This document shows positions 1 through 12,023 of a stretch of DNA of 64,000 nucleotides, one piece after another. The stretch comes from Selaginella moellendorffii. Taxonomy: Eukaryota; Plantae; Lycopodiophyta. The position numbers were made by a program, and so were the translations under genes. The number at the start of each line of letters is the position of its first letter. Position 1 is the stretch's first letter. Under the pieces are notes generated by a model. The model did no database searches, was not told the DNA's origin, and saw only the letters and a list, made by a program, of their open reading frames with translations. The DNA lies in contig NW_003314337.1 in NCBI RefSeq assembly GCF_000143415.4, forward strand, positions 817,437 to 881,436, given 5' to 3'.

Positions 1-3000
1 AAGGTCTTACTTGGTCCTTGCGAAGCGGATCCTCAAAATACGGCTTGAGTAAGTTCACGTGGAACACGGGATGCATCTTCCCCATCTCTCGAGGAAGTCG
101 GAGACGGTAAGCCACTTTACCGATTCGAGCCTCAATCTCGTAAGGCCCCGCGAACCTGCTTAAGGAACTCAAGATCAATTCATTTACAGGAATACATGCA
201 TTTTTACCTTTGGGTCAACTTCCGGCTGATCCCACTTGGTAGCCTGAGGTTCTTGGTGTTCAGCAACACCTTCTCCCCAGCTTGGAACTCCACATCCCGA
301 CGCTTTTGGTTCGCGTACTTAGTTTGCCTTTGTTGAGCCCGTTCCAAGGAATCCCTCACTAGATTCCAAATGTTGAGTCTTTCCGCCGTGAATGCCTCCA
401 CTGCGGGTAACTCTCCATGATACTCGGCCACGCCGAGTTCCACAGGACCTTCAATAGCTCGCCCATTGATGACTTCCCATGGACTCACCCCGATGCTCGA
501 ATGTGGTGAGTTGTTATAACACATTTCCGCAAGTCCCAAATGACTTACCCAGTCGGTCTGGTCTCCCGAGACATAGCATCGCAAATAATCCTCCAGCTGC
601 CTATTCACCCTTTCCGTTTGTCCGTCTGTCAAGAAGTGTTAGTGCCATCAATCTTGACTCAATACCCATTACCTGTCTGTGGGTGATAGGCCGTACTGAA
701 TTTCAACTTGGTGCGATACTGTTCTAGGAGTGTCCTCCAGAACCTACTGGTGAAGATCTTATCTCGATCTGAGATAATCTCTTCCGGCCTTCCCCGCACT
801 CGAACCACTTGTTCGAAGAACAGCTTCGCCACACCTTCCGCATCCACATCCGTTGTGGTGGGTATGAAATGTGCCATCTTTGAAAATCGGTCCACCACCA
901 CGAATATCGCATCGAACCCCTCGCTTGGGGGTAGTCCCGTGATGAAGTCCATCGTGAGACATTTCCACGGACGATCTGGAATGGGGATGCTTTGCAACAA
1001 GCCCCCACTAGCCTTCGTCACGGCTTTGACCTGCTGACATGTTGGACATGTCTTTACATAGTCTTGGACGTCCTTAGCCATATCTGGCCAGTGATACTTC
1101 CTTTTGAGTAAGCCCATCGTCTTGGGCACTCCGCCGTGTCCCGCGAGAGGTCCGTCATGACACTCTTCCAAGGCTACCTTCCTTAGTTCCCCTTCTGGAA
1201 CATACACCCTCGTTTGCTTGTAATATATGAGTCCGTTGCGTTCCGCATAGCCCGTTTTCTCTTCCGTTGGCAGCTCATCTCTCTGGTGAGCTTCCCGCGC
1301 CTCCAGATTCCTCAGCAACACTTCTTGTGCTAGACCATCACTCTCGTATGCGGTCCGCACATCGTCCCAAAAGGTTGCTGTCGCGCTAGATATCGCCAAC
1401 TTCAAGCTCGCTTTTCGACTTAGCGCATCTGCCACGATGTTGCTCTTCCCAGGCTTGTACAGGATCTCGCAATCAAACTCGGCCAAAGCATTGGCCCACC
1501 GACCTTGTTTTCCCCTTAGGTCGGGCTGTGACAAGAAGTGTTTCGTTGCCACATTGTCCGTGTAAACCTTGAAGTGTCTCCCAAGGTAGTGTCGCCACTC
1601 CTTGAGCGCCTTGACCACCGCAAACAATTCCTTCTCGTGGGCAGGCCACTTCTGTTGAGCCTTGTCCAGCTTCTTCGAGAAGAACGCTACTGAATGGTTG
1701 TCTTGCTTCAAAACTGCGCCCAACGCAAAGTCCGAAGCATCCGTGTCTACCTCAAAGTCCTTACCAAAGTCTGGTAATGCCAACACCGGAGCCTTCCTCA
1801 ACTTCCCTTTGAGGTGGACGAATGCCGCCTCGCATTCCGCTGTCCATACCATCTTCCCTTTTCCTGTTTGGTCCGTTAAGGGCAGGGCTACTCTCGAATA
1901 GTGTCTGATAAACTTTCGATAGTAGTTGCATAGCCCCAGGAACGCCCTCAACTCATGTACATTCGATGGTCGTTCCCATTCCTGGATCGCTTGGACCTTC
2001 TCCGGGTCCACCTTGAGCCCATCCTGGCCCACCACATGCCCGAGAAACTTTACCTCTTGTTGAGCAAAGTCACATTTGCTCTCTTTAGCATACAGTTTGT
2101 GTTCCCTTAGTTTCTCAAACACCTTCGCCAAGTGTTCGGCATGCTCCTTCAGCGTCTCGCTATAGATTAGGATGTCGTCAATATAGACGACCACAAAGTG
2201 ATCCAGATAGGGTACAAAGACGTGGTTCATCAACGCCGAAAACGTTGCCGGCGCATTGCACAGCCCAAAGGGCATCACCAAAAACTCAAAGCTCCCATAC
2301 CTCGTTCGACAGGTTGTCTTCTCGACATCTTCCTCGGCTACCCTGATCTGGTAGTATCCTGACCTTAGGTCAATCCTCGAGAAGTATTTTGCCTTTCCCA
2401 ACCTATCGAACAGGTCCTCAATCCTTGGCAAAGGGTACTTGTTCTTCTTGGTATACTTGTTGAGCAACCGGTAATCTATGCACATGCGCATAGATCCATC
2501 TTTCTTTTTCACAAATAATACCGGCGCCCCATACAGCGACTTGCTCAACCTAACATACCCTTTGTCCACCAACTCCTCTAGTTGGCACTTGAGCTCCTTG
2601 AGTTCTTTTTCGTTCAAACGATAGGGTGGACGAACCACCGCCTCAGCGCCCTCGACCAGCTCAATCTTATGTTCTATCGGTCGTGCGGGGGGCAACCCCG
2701 CCAGTAGCTCCTCCGGCATGGTATCCTGGAATTGGTCCAACACTCGCTGGATCACTAAAGGCACTTCTTCCGTTCTTGTCTTTTTGTCACTCTTCACTGA
2801 GAGTAAGCACAAAAAGGCTGCCTTAGTTCCTTTAGTGAGTTGTCCTCTCGTGGACACTAGGTTTAAGCAGGATTCTTTGGCCTTGCTTTGCCCTACCTTT
2901 AGATCCTGGGCCTCCACCCTAGATCTTCTTCCTTGGGCATTCGCCAATACCACAAGGTTCCTACCTTGTCCATGTAAGGCTACCACGAACCGATTAAACC

Positions 3001-4546
3001 AATCCATTCCGAAGATCACGTCAAATCCCGCCATGTCCAAGACGGTGAAATCCATGTCCACTTTCCATGTCCCCACTTCGACTCTCGCTTGTCGAAGTAC
3101 CTCATCGGTGCTTTGGCTACCTTGAACAAACTCTATAGTCCTTGGTTCGCCTAGCCGCTGCACCGTTAGTCCGGCTTGCCGGACTATGTCTGCAGCCACA
3201 AAATTATCCGAAGCACCCGTGTCAATAAGGATCTTAACAAAGCTACCTCCGAGCTTCCCTCGGAGGGCTAGTAGATGTCGCGAACGACTCTCTACCAAAG
3301 TTGCTCGTGTAATGAGCAACTTTGAGTTAAGGACTGGATCACATACCTCAGTTTGGACTTCACCCGACTTGATGGCCATATTGGCTCTGGCCTTCTTCGG
3401 GTAGGGACATTCCCTCGAGAAGTGTCCCGCTTCACCGCAGTTGTAGCATACGTTGTTTCCCACGCTGCTATATGACTTGACCTTCTTATCCGTGGGTTTG
3501 TCTCTTTTCGCTTGACTCCCCCACGTACTTGCTCGCTGGCCACCGGATTTGCCTTTCCGGAACCCCGAGGACTCATTCTTAGAGAAACTCTTCTTGAATT
3601 TCCCCCTGCTATATGTTCCCCTTGGTTTGGCCCCTTTGCTAAACGTGGATACCGACCCCGTCGTGTTCCCCTTTCGCAGGTTATCGTTGAAATGCACCTT
3701 GATGGCCGCATCCAACGCTTCCTTGTAGTTGGTCGGGTTCCAGCGCATCACCTCACCGCGAGCCCAGGTTTGCAAACCTGATATGAAGGCATGGAACACA
3801 TCCATATCCCCCATGTCCGTGACAAGTATCCTCTTTGCCATGAACCCATTCACATATTCCTGGATGGTTCCAGTCTGCTTCAGCCTACTCAGTTCATCCC
3901 TCAGATGCAGAGTGGCATTCGGAGGAACGTATGTTGCGCGGATCCTCGCCTTCATCATGTCCCAAGTGACCACCGGTCCTTCGTTGGCCTCCGTTGTTCT
4001 CCACCAAGACTTGGCATTATCTGCCAAGTATGGTTTTGCACATGGGACCTTCTCCGAGCTTGGTAACCGCAACGCTCGGAAGTAGTCCTCCATATCGTAA
4101 AACCAATCCTCCACCACCTTATAGTCATTCACTCCCTTGAAGACCGGTGGGGGCTTTGGTTTGTACTTGGGAACTGCCTGAGGGACTGATTCCACTTCAG
4201 TCTGTTCGACCTTGTCTGGTTTTGCCTCAGTCCCCGCCGAAGGGTCCGCACCTTCTGCGCTGCCAGCATCCGCAGTCTTTTGCCTTTTCTTCCGCTTCTC
4301 GTCACGCTTTAGCTTGCGTACGAGAGTCTCCAGCAGGGCATTAGTCTGCGCCAATTGACCTTCTAGAACGTCCAATCGAGCCTTGGACGACCGAACCTCG
4401 CCACCGGACTCCTGTTTGGAAGTTTCCTCACTAGAGTCCTCCTCATGCAAGGATTCCTCATCCATAGCCTCTTGTTCGACCGGAGGCTCCAGCTCTGGCG
4501 GAGGTTCCGTCTCCGCCTGGGTTCGCTTACGCCCTGCCCTTGCCAT
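1..4546 (-). CDS. Gag-Pol polyprotein; spliced as join(4546..673, 625..208, 155..<1)
   Basis: Zn knuckle [14 protein letters not shown], protease LIDTGAS, RT YIDDI, RNase H TDASD, integrase HHCC and MDF/SDRD/ERVN. Removing two GT-AG introns restores AYHPQTDGQTER and [12 protein letters not shown]...[12 protein letters not shown] (GPY/F module). Confidence 0.92.
156..207 (-). other. 52-nt GT-AG intron in the integrase GPY/F region
   Basis: Minus strand CAAAG|GTAAAA...TAAGCAG|GTTCGC; splicing restores QRFAGPY in frame. Confidence 0.8.
626..672 (-). other. 47-nt GT-AG intron in the integrase catalytic core
   Basis: Minus strand GACAG|GTAATG...CACTAAC...TTGACAG|ACGGA; CTAAC branch point; splicing restores HPQTDGQTE. 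Confidence 0.85.
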
Positions 4547-4590
4547 CTCCCAGCAATCCGCCTCTATCCTTCGCTAGAACTGAGGAAAAG

Positions 4591-4602
4591 GCTCCGATAC
4601 CA
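4591..4602 (-). promoter_or_regulatory. Primer-binding site (tRNA-iMet type, TGGTATCGGAGC)
   Basis: 3 nt inside the LTR end ...CTTACA; one mismatch from the canonical plant TGGTATCAGAGC. Confidence 0.9.
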
Positions 4603-4605
4603 AAT

Positions 4606-5754
4606 TGTAAGCCACAAATTTTTCCTTTCCAATTTGCCAGCTTACCTCGTCTATCCGTCCAACACCGCCTTGGCCTTTGCTAAGTTCCCTCGCCAAGGTT
4701 CTCGCCTATGGTACCAGCTCCTACTTGGTCTCAGCTACTTACTGCACGAGCAATGGAGTGTTAGCCATCCATCTACGGATTCCCAAATCACTCCCAATCC
4801 CCCTCCCCGGGTTAGACTGGACTTAAGGTTCGGCTACACTCCCCGCAAGCACAAGCAGCCAAGCACACCAAGCTTCCAGGTTCCTAACTTCCCTTGGTAC
4901 CACAAGACTTGATCATGGGACCCTCTAAATCCCAAGTCTTGAGTGCAACACTTGCTTCGGGACGCCGGGGCGAAACACCGTGGCCTAGCGGCCCGGTATG
5001 GGTACCTCTCGCCCCCCACTTCCATCCCGAAGGAAGGCCCAAGCCCCTAGGAAGGGCGAGGACCAATGAGCCGCATGGTACTCAAGTGGGGCACCACTCC
5101 ATATGAGCCGGGAGCACCGCAATCGGTTTCCCTTTCGGGAGTGGGAGCTGCTCTTGAGCACTTCCTTGGATGGCCCCTCCGGCACCAGGCAAGTCCATGC
5201 TCACTCCCACCCAAGGCCCCTCGGTCCCAGTCCCAACCTCAAGTCAGTTTGGAAGCCCAACTGGAGAGTCCCTTCTAAACTGGTTCCTGGACCTCACTAT
5301 CCCTACTATACTTTTGGAACCCCCTGCAGCCCCCCCCCCCCTGGGAGACGCACGCTTTGGGCTTTCACCCCTTGACCCGTATTAGTATTTGGACTTAGTC
5401 TCTGGCTCGATCTCGGACCCGATTTCAGATCCGACTTCGGATTCGGGTTCGGACTCGATCACGGACTCGATCTCGGACCCGATCTCGGACCCGACCTCGG
5501 ACTCGACCTCGGACTCGGTCTCGGACCCGATTTCGGATCTCGGACTCCGTCTCGAACTCGGTCTCGAACTCGGACTCGAACTCGGTCCCCGAGTCGGTCT
5601 CGGACTCGATTCCGGACTCTATCTCGAACTCGGTCCTAGAGTCGGTCTTGGACTCGATCTTCGACTTGGTCCCATCCGATGAACTCTTTGTCATTTTGGT
5701 CATGCTTTCGGGGTTCCTTTAGCCTACGACACCTCGGTGAGTTGGTTCCTTACA
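4606..5754 (-). repeat. 5' LTR of LTR-A (~1.15 kb) with internal GAGTCC/GAGATC tandem repeats (~5400-5670)
   Basis: Inverted termini TGTAAG...CTTACA; adjacent PBS. Confidence 0.9.
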
Positions 5755-8700
5755 CTATCCTCCTAGTCTGGAGGAGAATAACCAAAAAAAAAAACATATG
5801 GGGCCAGAAGGCAAGTAGTATTGGGATGGAACTGAACGCTAGAAATCGAAGGGCATATCCAATGGTGGTTATGCAAGTTGGGAGTGGAAAATCAAGAGGG
5901 TGCTCAAGGATGTTGTTGCTAGCAACCGTGATGCCATGGGGAGTCTAAAATATGGAATTGTCCATGTTAGACTATATGGCAACTATAAAGCTTGCGAAAA
6001 GGGAGGCCTTAGAAAGCTAAGGGACAGAGTTCCTTCAAGGTTCCCAAAGACGATTCTAGGTAGCTTAATACCTAGAAAGGCCAAGTGTAAATGGTTCATG
6101 GAACACGCGAAATCAGAGTGGCGTAGCAAAAGCGTGGTCTTGAAGCTTGCCACGAGGCAAGGCTATCAAGGTTAGGGAAGTAGTTCCCGAGTGTTCAAAG
6201 AGAGGGCTTTGAACGAAAGTCGATGGTCAAGGACTTTCACGCTTATGCAGGAACCATGTTACAGTGGTTGGAGGACTTGCCAAGTGAGATTGGCAAGTCG
6301 GGGGAACAAATACTCTAGTTGAAGGTGATAACTTCAAAAAGGGTGGGCCATGGGGCCAAGCATGGAAGAGTCCATGCATGATCACCGACTTGTCAAGTGA
6401 GAGGACTTGGCAGTGTGGAGGAACTAGGTTCCTAAGCGGTGATCTGTAGCACGCTTTAAGTATAAGTTGGTGCACCGGCGTGGATAGTCATGCCAGGCAT
6501 CCTATGTGATGTCGTCCGTAGATGCATATACGGAGGTTGGGTTTGAGTCCCGACCCTCTAGTGCTTGGGTTCGAGTCCCAAATCACTAGGGCGTGGTGAT
6601 GGTTTAGAATATGAGGACACTCATATTTCGGTGGTCATGGACTCTCAGTGGGGAGACTGGTTTGGGCACACTGCCAAGCGAGGGATGCCTCGGAGTCGTG
6701 ATGCACGGTTAGATTGCTTAGTGTGAAAGCTCAACATATCTAACTTGAACGCTTTGGTGCAAGGGGGCACCAAGGACGAGGTGAATGAGATGGGGACACC
6801 CAGTCTCAGTTGTTATGCACCCTTGGCTGGAAGGACTGGCTTGGGCGCACCGCCAAGCGTGGGGGATGCCCCCGGGGTCATAGTCAACAACTTAAAGGTC
6901 GAGGAGACCTAGTACCTATTGGCAAATTTATTAAGGTGCCAAGGTTAGATCACTAGGTGATCTTATGGCTAAAAACAAGGACAAGGTCCTTGTGAGGTTA
7001 AGGAACAAGGTTCTTAGTTCAAAGTGTTAATTTGAACTATTGATAATGGTGTGGCTTGGTCAAGGTGACCAAGTGGGAAGAGGGAAATAAGATATGTCAA
7101 TGCAATGGCATAGTGAGTTCGAGGAAAGTAGTCTCTATAAGAGACCCAGGGGAGGGTCACACAATTGGGCCGTGGATAGAGCCCATAGCAAAAGATGCTA
7201 AAGAGACGTACTGGGGGTGAACACCCTCCGGACTTGACAAAGAAGAGTTTTTGCTACGGAACCGAAAGGATACCTCGAAAATAGAGGTAGCGATCCTATA
7301 TTGCTGAGTGCAACAATCAAGGATAGGAGCAAAAGACTAGTGGCTAAGAAAAGAGCCATGGGAATCAGGGGAAAGAATCCAAATGGCAAAATTAGCCAAG
7401 GAACACTAATGTGTTTGATGCTAACGGATTGCGGGAAAGGAAGTGGACTTCCAAGGATAGATTCCCAAGTGCTCCAATTTGGCAAAGTAAAAAGCTCCAA
7501 GTGAGGAGTGGCAAAGTAGCCAAAGGATAGGGCTGTGGACAGCCTTGGCACAAATGATGATAATTGGAACGTAATGCCAAGGGTGGCACAAAATAGAAAA
7601 GAGGATGATGGTGCCCTCAAGCAGAGAACTTCCTAGGATAGGGAAGTGGACTTGCACAATATGTGTAATGCAAGGTGTCGAAGACACTTAGGAAATTGAC
7701 TTCAAGAAGTCAAAAGTAAACGTTCCAAAGTGCAAAGGTTATGTCGATAGAATCTGAGACTACTTGAGAATGAGTAGTGGAATTGAGTTAGAGACGATGC
7801 CTCTAACAGGTTTAGCGAGAACTGAACCAATAAAAAGGGAGAAAACCACCCCAGGTGACCGAATGAGTCTCTATGTTGGAGAGACTATGCTCCTTAGAGG
7901 ATGGACAAGGCATGGTGAGCCTTTGGTGTCAAACCATAGACAAATATTGGCTAGGTGCCAAGGATGGAACTAGTAATACAGGCAGGTGTTACTTTATAAG
8001 AGGGTTTACCGTTCGATGAGGACTTCGAACTTTGTCTATGGGTGGTGGAGTTGTGAGACACAAAATCCCTAGGCCCCAAAGTGGAGCCGGAAGGGTGCCA
8101 TGTGGTGGTGGCCGAAGCAAAAACCAAACGAGCGTAACACGTTTGGACTAAAAGCTCCGACTTGAAAGGTTGAGAGCGGGAGTGGAACTCCCAACAAAGT
8201 GCTCGAGGAACGAGCACGAAGCGAGCAATAAGCGAGGCTCCAAAAAGGGACCCAAAAGGACCAACACATGACATGTGGAAGTGTCCGAGATGGACCCGAG
8301 TTGGAGTCCGAAGTGGAGTTCGAGAAGGACCCCGAGATGGAGTCCGAGGTGGAGTCTGAGATGGACCCGAGATGGAGTCCGAGATGGACCCGAGATGGAC
8401 ACGAGATGGGGTCCGAGATGGAGTCCAAGGTGGAGTCCGAGGTGGACCCGAGATGGACCCAAAATGGAGTCCGAGATGGAGTCTGAGATGGACCCGAGAT
8501 GGACCCAAAATGGAGTCCGAGATGGACCTGAGATGGAGTCTGAGATGGACCCGAGATGGAGTCCGAGATGGACCCGAGATGGAGTCCGAAGTCGAGACCA
8601 AGACCGAGACCGAGACCGGGACCGAGACCGAGACCGAGATCGGGACCGAGACCGAGACCAAGGCTGAGGCCGAGACCGAGCCCGAGTTCAAGTCCGAGTC

Positions 8701-9748
8701 AGAGTCCGAGTCCGAGTCCGAGTGCGAGTCCGAGTCCGAGTTCGAGTCTGAGAGGGTGAAAGCCCAAAGCGTTCGTCTCCCAGACCCTGGGGGGTTTGGT
8801 GAGCTCCAAAAGTATAGTAAAGGGGAGGACTGCAGTGGAGCCAGTTTGGCCAGGAAAGGCCAGTTTGGCCCAAGAAGGCTGGACCCAGTGTTGGGTGAGG
8901 AGCTGCCCACTGGAAAGTCCAAGACTAGAGTGAACACAAGCCGACAAGCAGGGTAGCTTGGTGAAGTGTTCAAGAGCCGGCTCTAGTTCCCCCAGGAGAT
9001 CGACTGGCCGATGCTCCCAGTCCAAGTGTGGGTGGCACTACCTACTTGGATACCTAGTGTGGCTCAACGGAACCTCGCTCTAAGCCCATGGCTAGAGCAC
9101 CCAAATGCAGAAGGCGAGGAGAGTACCCATGAGGCCTGCGTAGGGCCACGGTGTTCCGAAATGTTGTCCCAAAGTCCCAGACTGTGGAAAGGAAGAGGAG
9201 TAGCCCTCTAATGTGGTGACAAGGGACACAGTCACACAGTGAGGAAGTCCTAGAGGACAGTTGGACTTGGTGGTCGGGCCTGTAGGCCTTGATTCAGTGG
9301 TAGTGTTGGTGAACATGGCCATGAACAGGAAGGGACTTGGTGGGGACTGGAAAGGAGATATTGGGGAAGGCTATTCCCCATGTCTGCAGGCATCCTAAGG
9401 ATGCTAAGGAGTGGATCTAGGATGATCACTCATGGATGGATGGCCTAGTCTATGAGAGACGGGATTGCAATGTGGGTGGTGTTGGACCACCGGTGTGACC
9501 AAGGTGAATAGGTATGGCCTTAGCGTAACGGGCCGATATGTCGGTGATACCTTGGGGTGTTGATCATGGGATCGGACACAGGGAGCACTTGGACCAAGTG
9601 CTAAGGTTGAGTGGCATGGATGCCATTCTCGGAGCTAGCAAGCCCCAAGTCCTAAGTTGGACTTATGGAGGTTGTGAATGAGACTCCTCCAAGTGGTCGA
9701 AGGTGTGGTTAAGTGACTAAAGTAGAATGGAAAAATTAGTCGCTTACA
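5755..9748 (+). mobile_element. Non-autonomous LTR element family LTR-B, copy 1 (3' internal part plus 3' LTR 8052-9748)
   Basis: Homologous to ~28692-32808; polypurine-tract (PPT)-like GGGTGGTGGAG before TGTGAG at 8052; LTR ends CGCTTACA at 9748; no recognisable protein coding. Confidence 0.9.
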
Positions 9749-10904
9749 GGATTGAGGTGTTCCGTTTACATGAGTTTGCACTTGGGCTCGTGAGTGAGGC
9801 ACATTAGCAACTCAAGGTTACACTTTGAGTTGGCAGGATTAATGATAGCCTATTGGTGGTTCTATGAGTTGTTCCAGTGGTTCCATGAGTTGTTCCTTGT
9901 ACCGTGGTTGAAAGCAAACCTCCCTGGGTTTGCTAAGAGTGGCAAATAGGCTGGTCCGTAGCTGTTTAGCACGGCACTAGTGGATCCTTCTTAGGCATGA
10001 TTATAAGTGGATCAATCAAGACTATAGGGATTAGTCTATTGGTTCAAGTAGTTATTGCCGTGCTCTGTCATAATCTTTTCTTGAATTGGACTGAAGGCAG
10101 TGTGAAAGCAAGCTTGAGATTTAGTTAAAGATGAGACCGAAAAGAGAGTTGTCAGGGACGGAGGATTAAACATGTAAATCATTTTCTCTTCTTGGAGATA
10201 TGATTTGCATCAAGATGTTAACTCATTGCTCATGTTCACATCATGCAATCAAGAGTCCCTACCTTAATGCATTTGGAAATGATGGTATTACAAATGGTGA
10301 GTTGTGGGATGGATAGCAGTGAAGCGCTAAACCATTTTGTCTAAGTTTACTATTGGAAGATTTGAGTTACAATGCTCAATTCTTTTCCGGGGAACCTTGC
10401 TATTGCTCCTTGAGTAGCTTGGTGTTGGATTAGTTTTGAGTTTGGTCAGAAAAAGAGTGGCATGAGCTTGTCCATGTTTTGAACAAAAGTTAGTGATGTT
10501 GAGTGTTGTAAATCTATATCAGTGGAGTGTGGCATTTATGTTGCATTTTGTCGAATTGAGTTGACACTTGATACTCACATAAACCTTTGAAGTAATGACA
10601 TTGGCATTGCTCATGGTGTTGCTTGATTGATGATCAAGACATTGTGATTTCCATATCATATCCATATGATAATGAGCAATGTGTTTACGAAGTTGCTTAG
10701 TTAAACGATGATCAACCCCAAAGTGGTTGATGGAGAAGCTAGTCTACTTGCATGAAGTAGCATTGTAGTAGTTTTGACTGGATTCTCGATGGTGACCCGT
10801 TATGCTAAGCTTAAGTTGGTTCCTTGCTCCTTGAGGGTTTGCCCATTAGGTGTTGGAAAAAAATTATAGCGTTCACTTGCTATGGCTCGTCGGTTGATCC
10901 GTTA
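9749..10904 (+). mobile_element. Internal region of an older LTR-C family element (host); continues at 13938-13799 (inverted) and ~17200-18249
   Basis: 9755-10904 is a diverged direct repeat of ~12226-13353; 18172-18249 matches ~13386-13464. Confidence 0.75.
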
Positions 10905-12023
10905 TGTCGCAAATGTGACTTCGGGTATCGAAAGTTACCTGTCAACTAGTCCTTACGGACACTCTTACCTTACTGCCACGATGGCGGGAGGTCAGTATTG
11001 CTGGACCCTTTATTAGTCCCTCTTGTGCTAGTGGAGTTAACTGGGCATTTCGAGTGTACTTAGACCGGACGAGCATAAGGACGGAATTCCTAAGTGTTAT
11101 TAGCTAAGCATACTTAGCCCGGTAAGGAGTTCCCGTCTCGTTTTGTCTTGCACTTACTAGTGACAAGAACCCTCGCGTATTGAGATTAGTCCCTCAATAT
11201 TGCTACATGATAGCTTACCGTGTCTGCCAAACACCCTCGCTATCATGCCCTTTGTGTTAGTCTCATTTCGGTCCCAAATGCTATTTATGGAAAGTGTCCA
11301 GATTTGCTCATTTGGCATATCTACGGAATGTAGAGATCGGCCTGAACACAATGGTGTTCGTCCCGTGTCCAAATTCGCATTCTAGCGCCATTCCATATTT
11401 AGTAAGTTTCGAGCTTATCCCAAAGACTAACTCCTGATACTAAGGGAGGCTTGGGGTGAAAGCCCAAAGCGTGTGTTCCTCAAAGGGGGGGGCTATGGGG
11501 GGTTCCAAATGTATAGTAGGGATAGTGGGTAGGTTGGGCATGGCCGACCAACCTGAGGCATAGTTTAGCTCCCGCTTGCGTGCCTGTCCTTGTTCTGCGT
11601 CCGGCTTGGGTCTAAGCCCAAGTTCCATTCCATGCTAGCTGGTGGAGTACCCATGTCCTCACGTTAGGCCACCGGTATGCCGAAATAGCACCAGACTCCG
11701 TTTGGCTCCGTTTTGCGTGCTGGTCCTGGCATTGGGATGCTGGTTACTCTAGGACTGTTCCAAGTCGCTCCGGGCCCCTGTCCCTTCGCTCCTTGGGCTT
11801 TATGCTTAGGAGTTGCTCCGTAGTTCGGTTCCATCACTTCTTGGCTTCACGCTTGGGAGTTTGGCACCGTTCCTTCGTTTAGTGGTCCAAAGCCCTGAAC
11901 CTTGGGTTCCTATGGACACGTGGCATGGACACGTGGCATCTGTCACGTGGCACAAAGAGGGTTTAGGTTCCGCTTCGTGGTGTTATCCTAATAGGATAAA
12001 GGGTCAAAACCACGTGCGCTACA
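10905..12023 (+). repeat. LTR-C 5' LTR
   Basis: TG...CA termini; near-identical inverted copy at 13939-15064. Confidence 0.9.

Larger units (their letters stand above)
1..5754 (-). mobile_element. Ty3/gypsy (chromovirus-type) LTR retrotransposon, family LTR-A; 3' part runs off the window start; inserted into a non-autonomous LTR-B element
   Basis: 5' LTR 4606-5754, PBS 4591-4602, single gag-pol frame. The flank after 5754 (CTATCCTCC...) matches the LTR-B internal region at ~28692. Confidence 0.95.
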
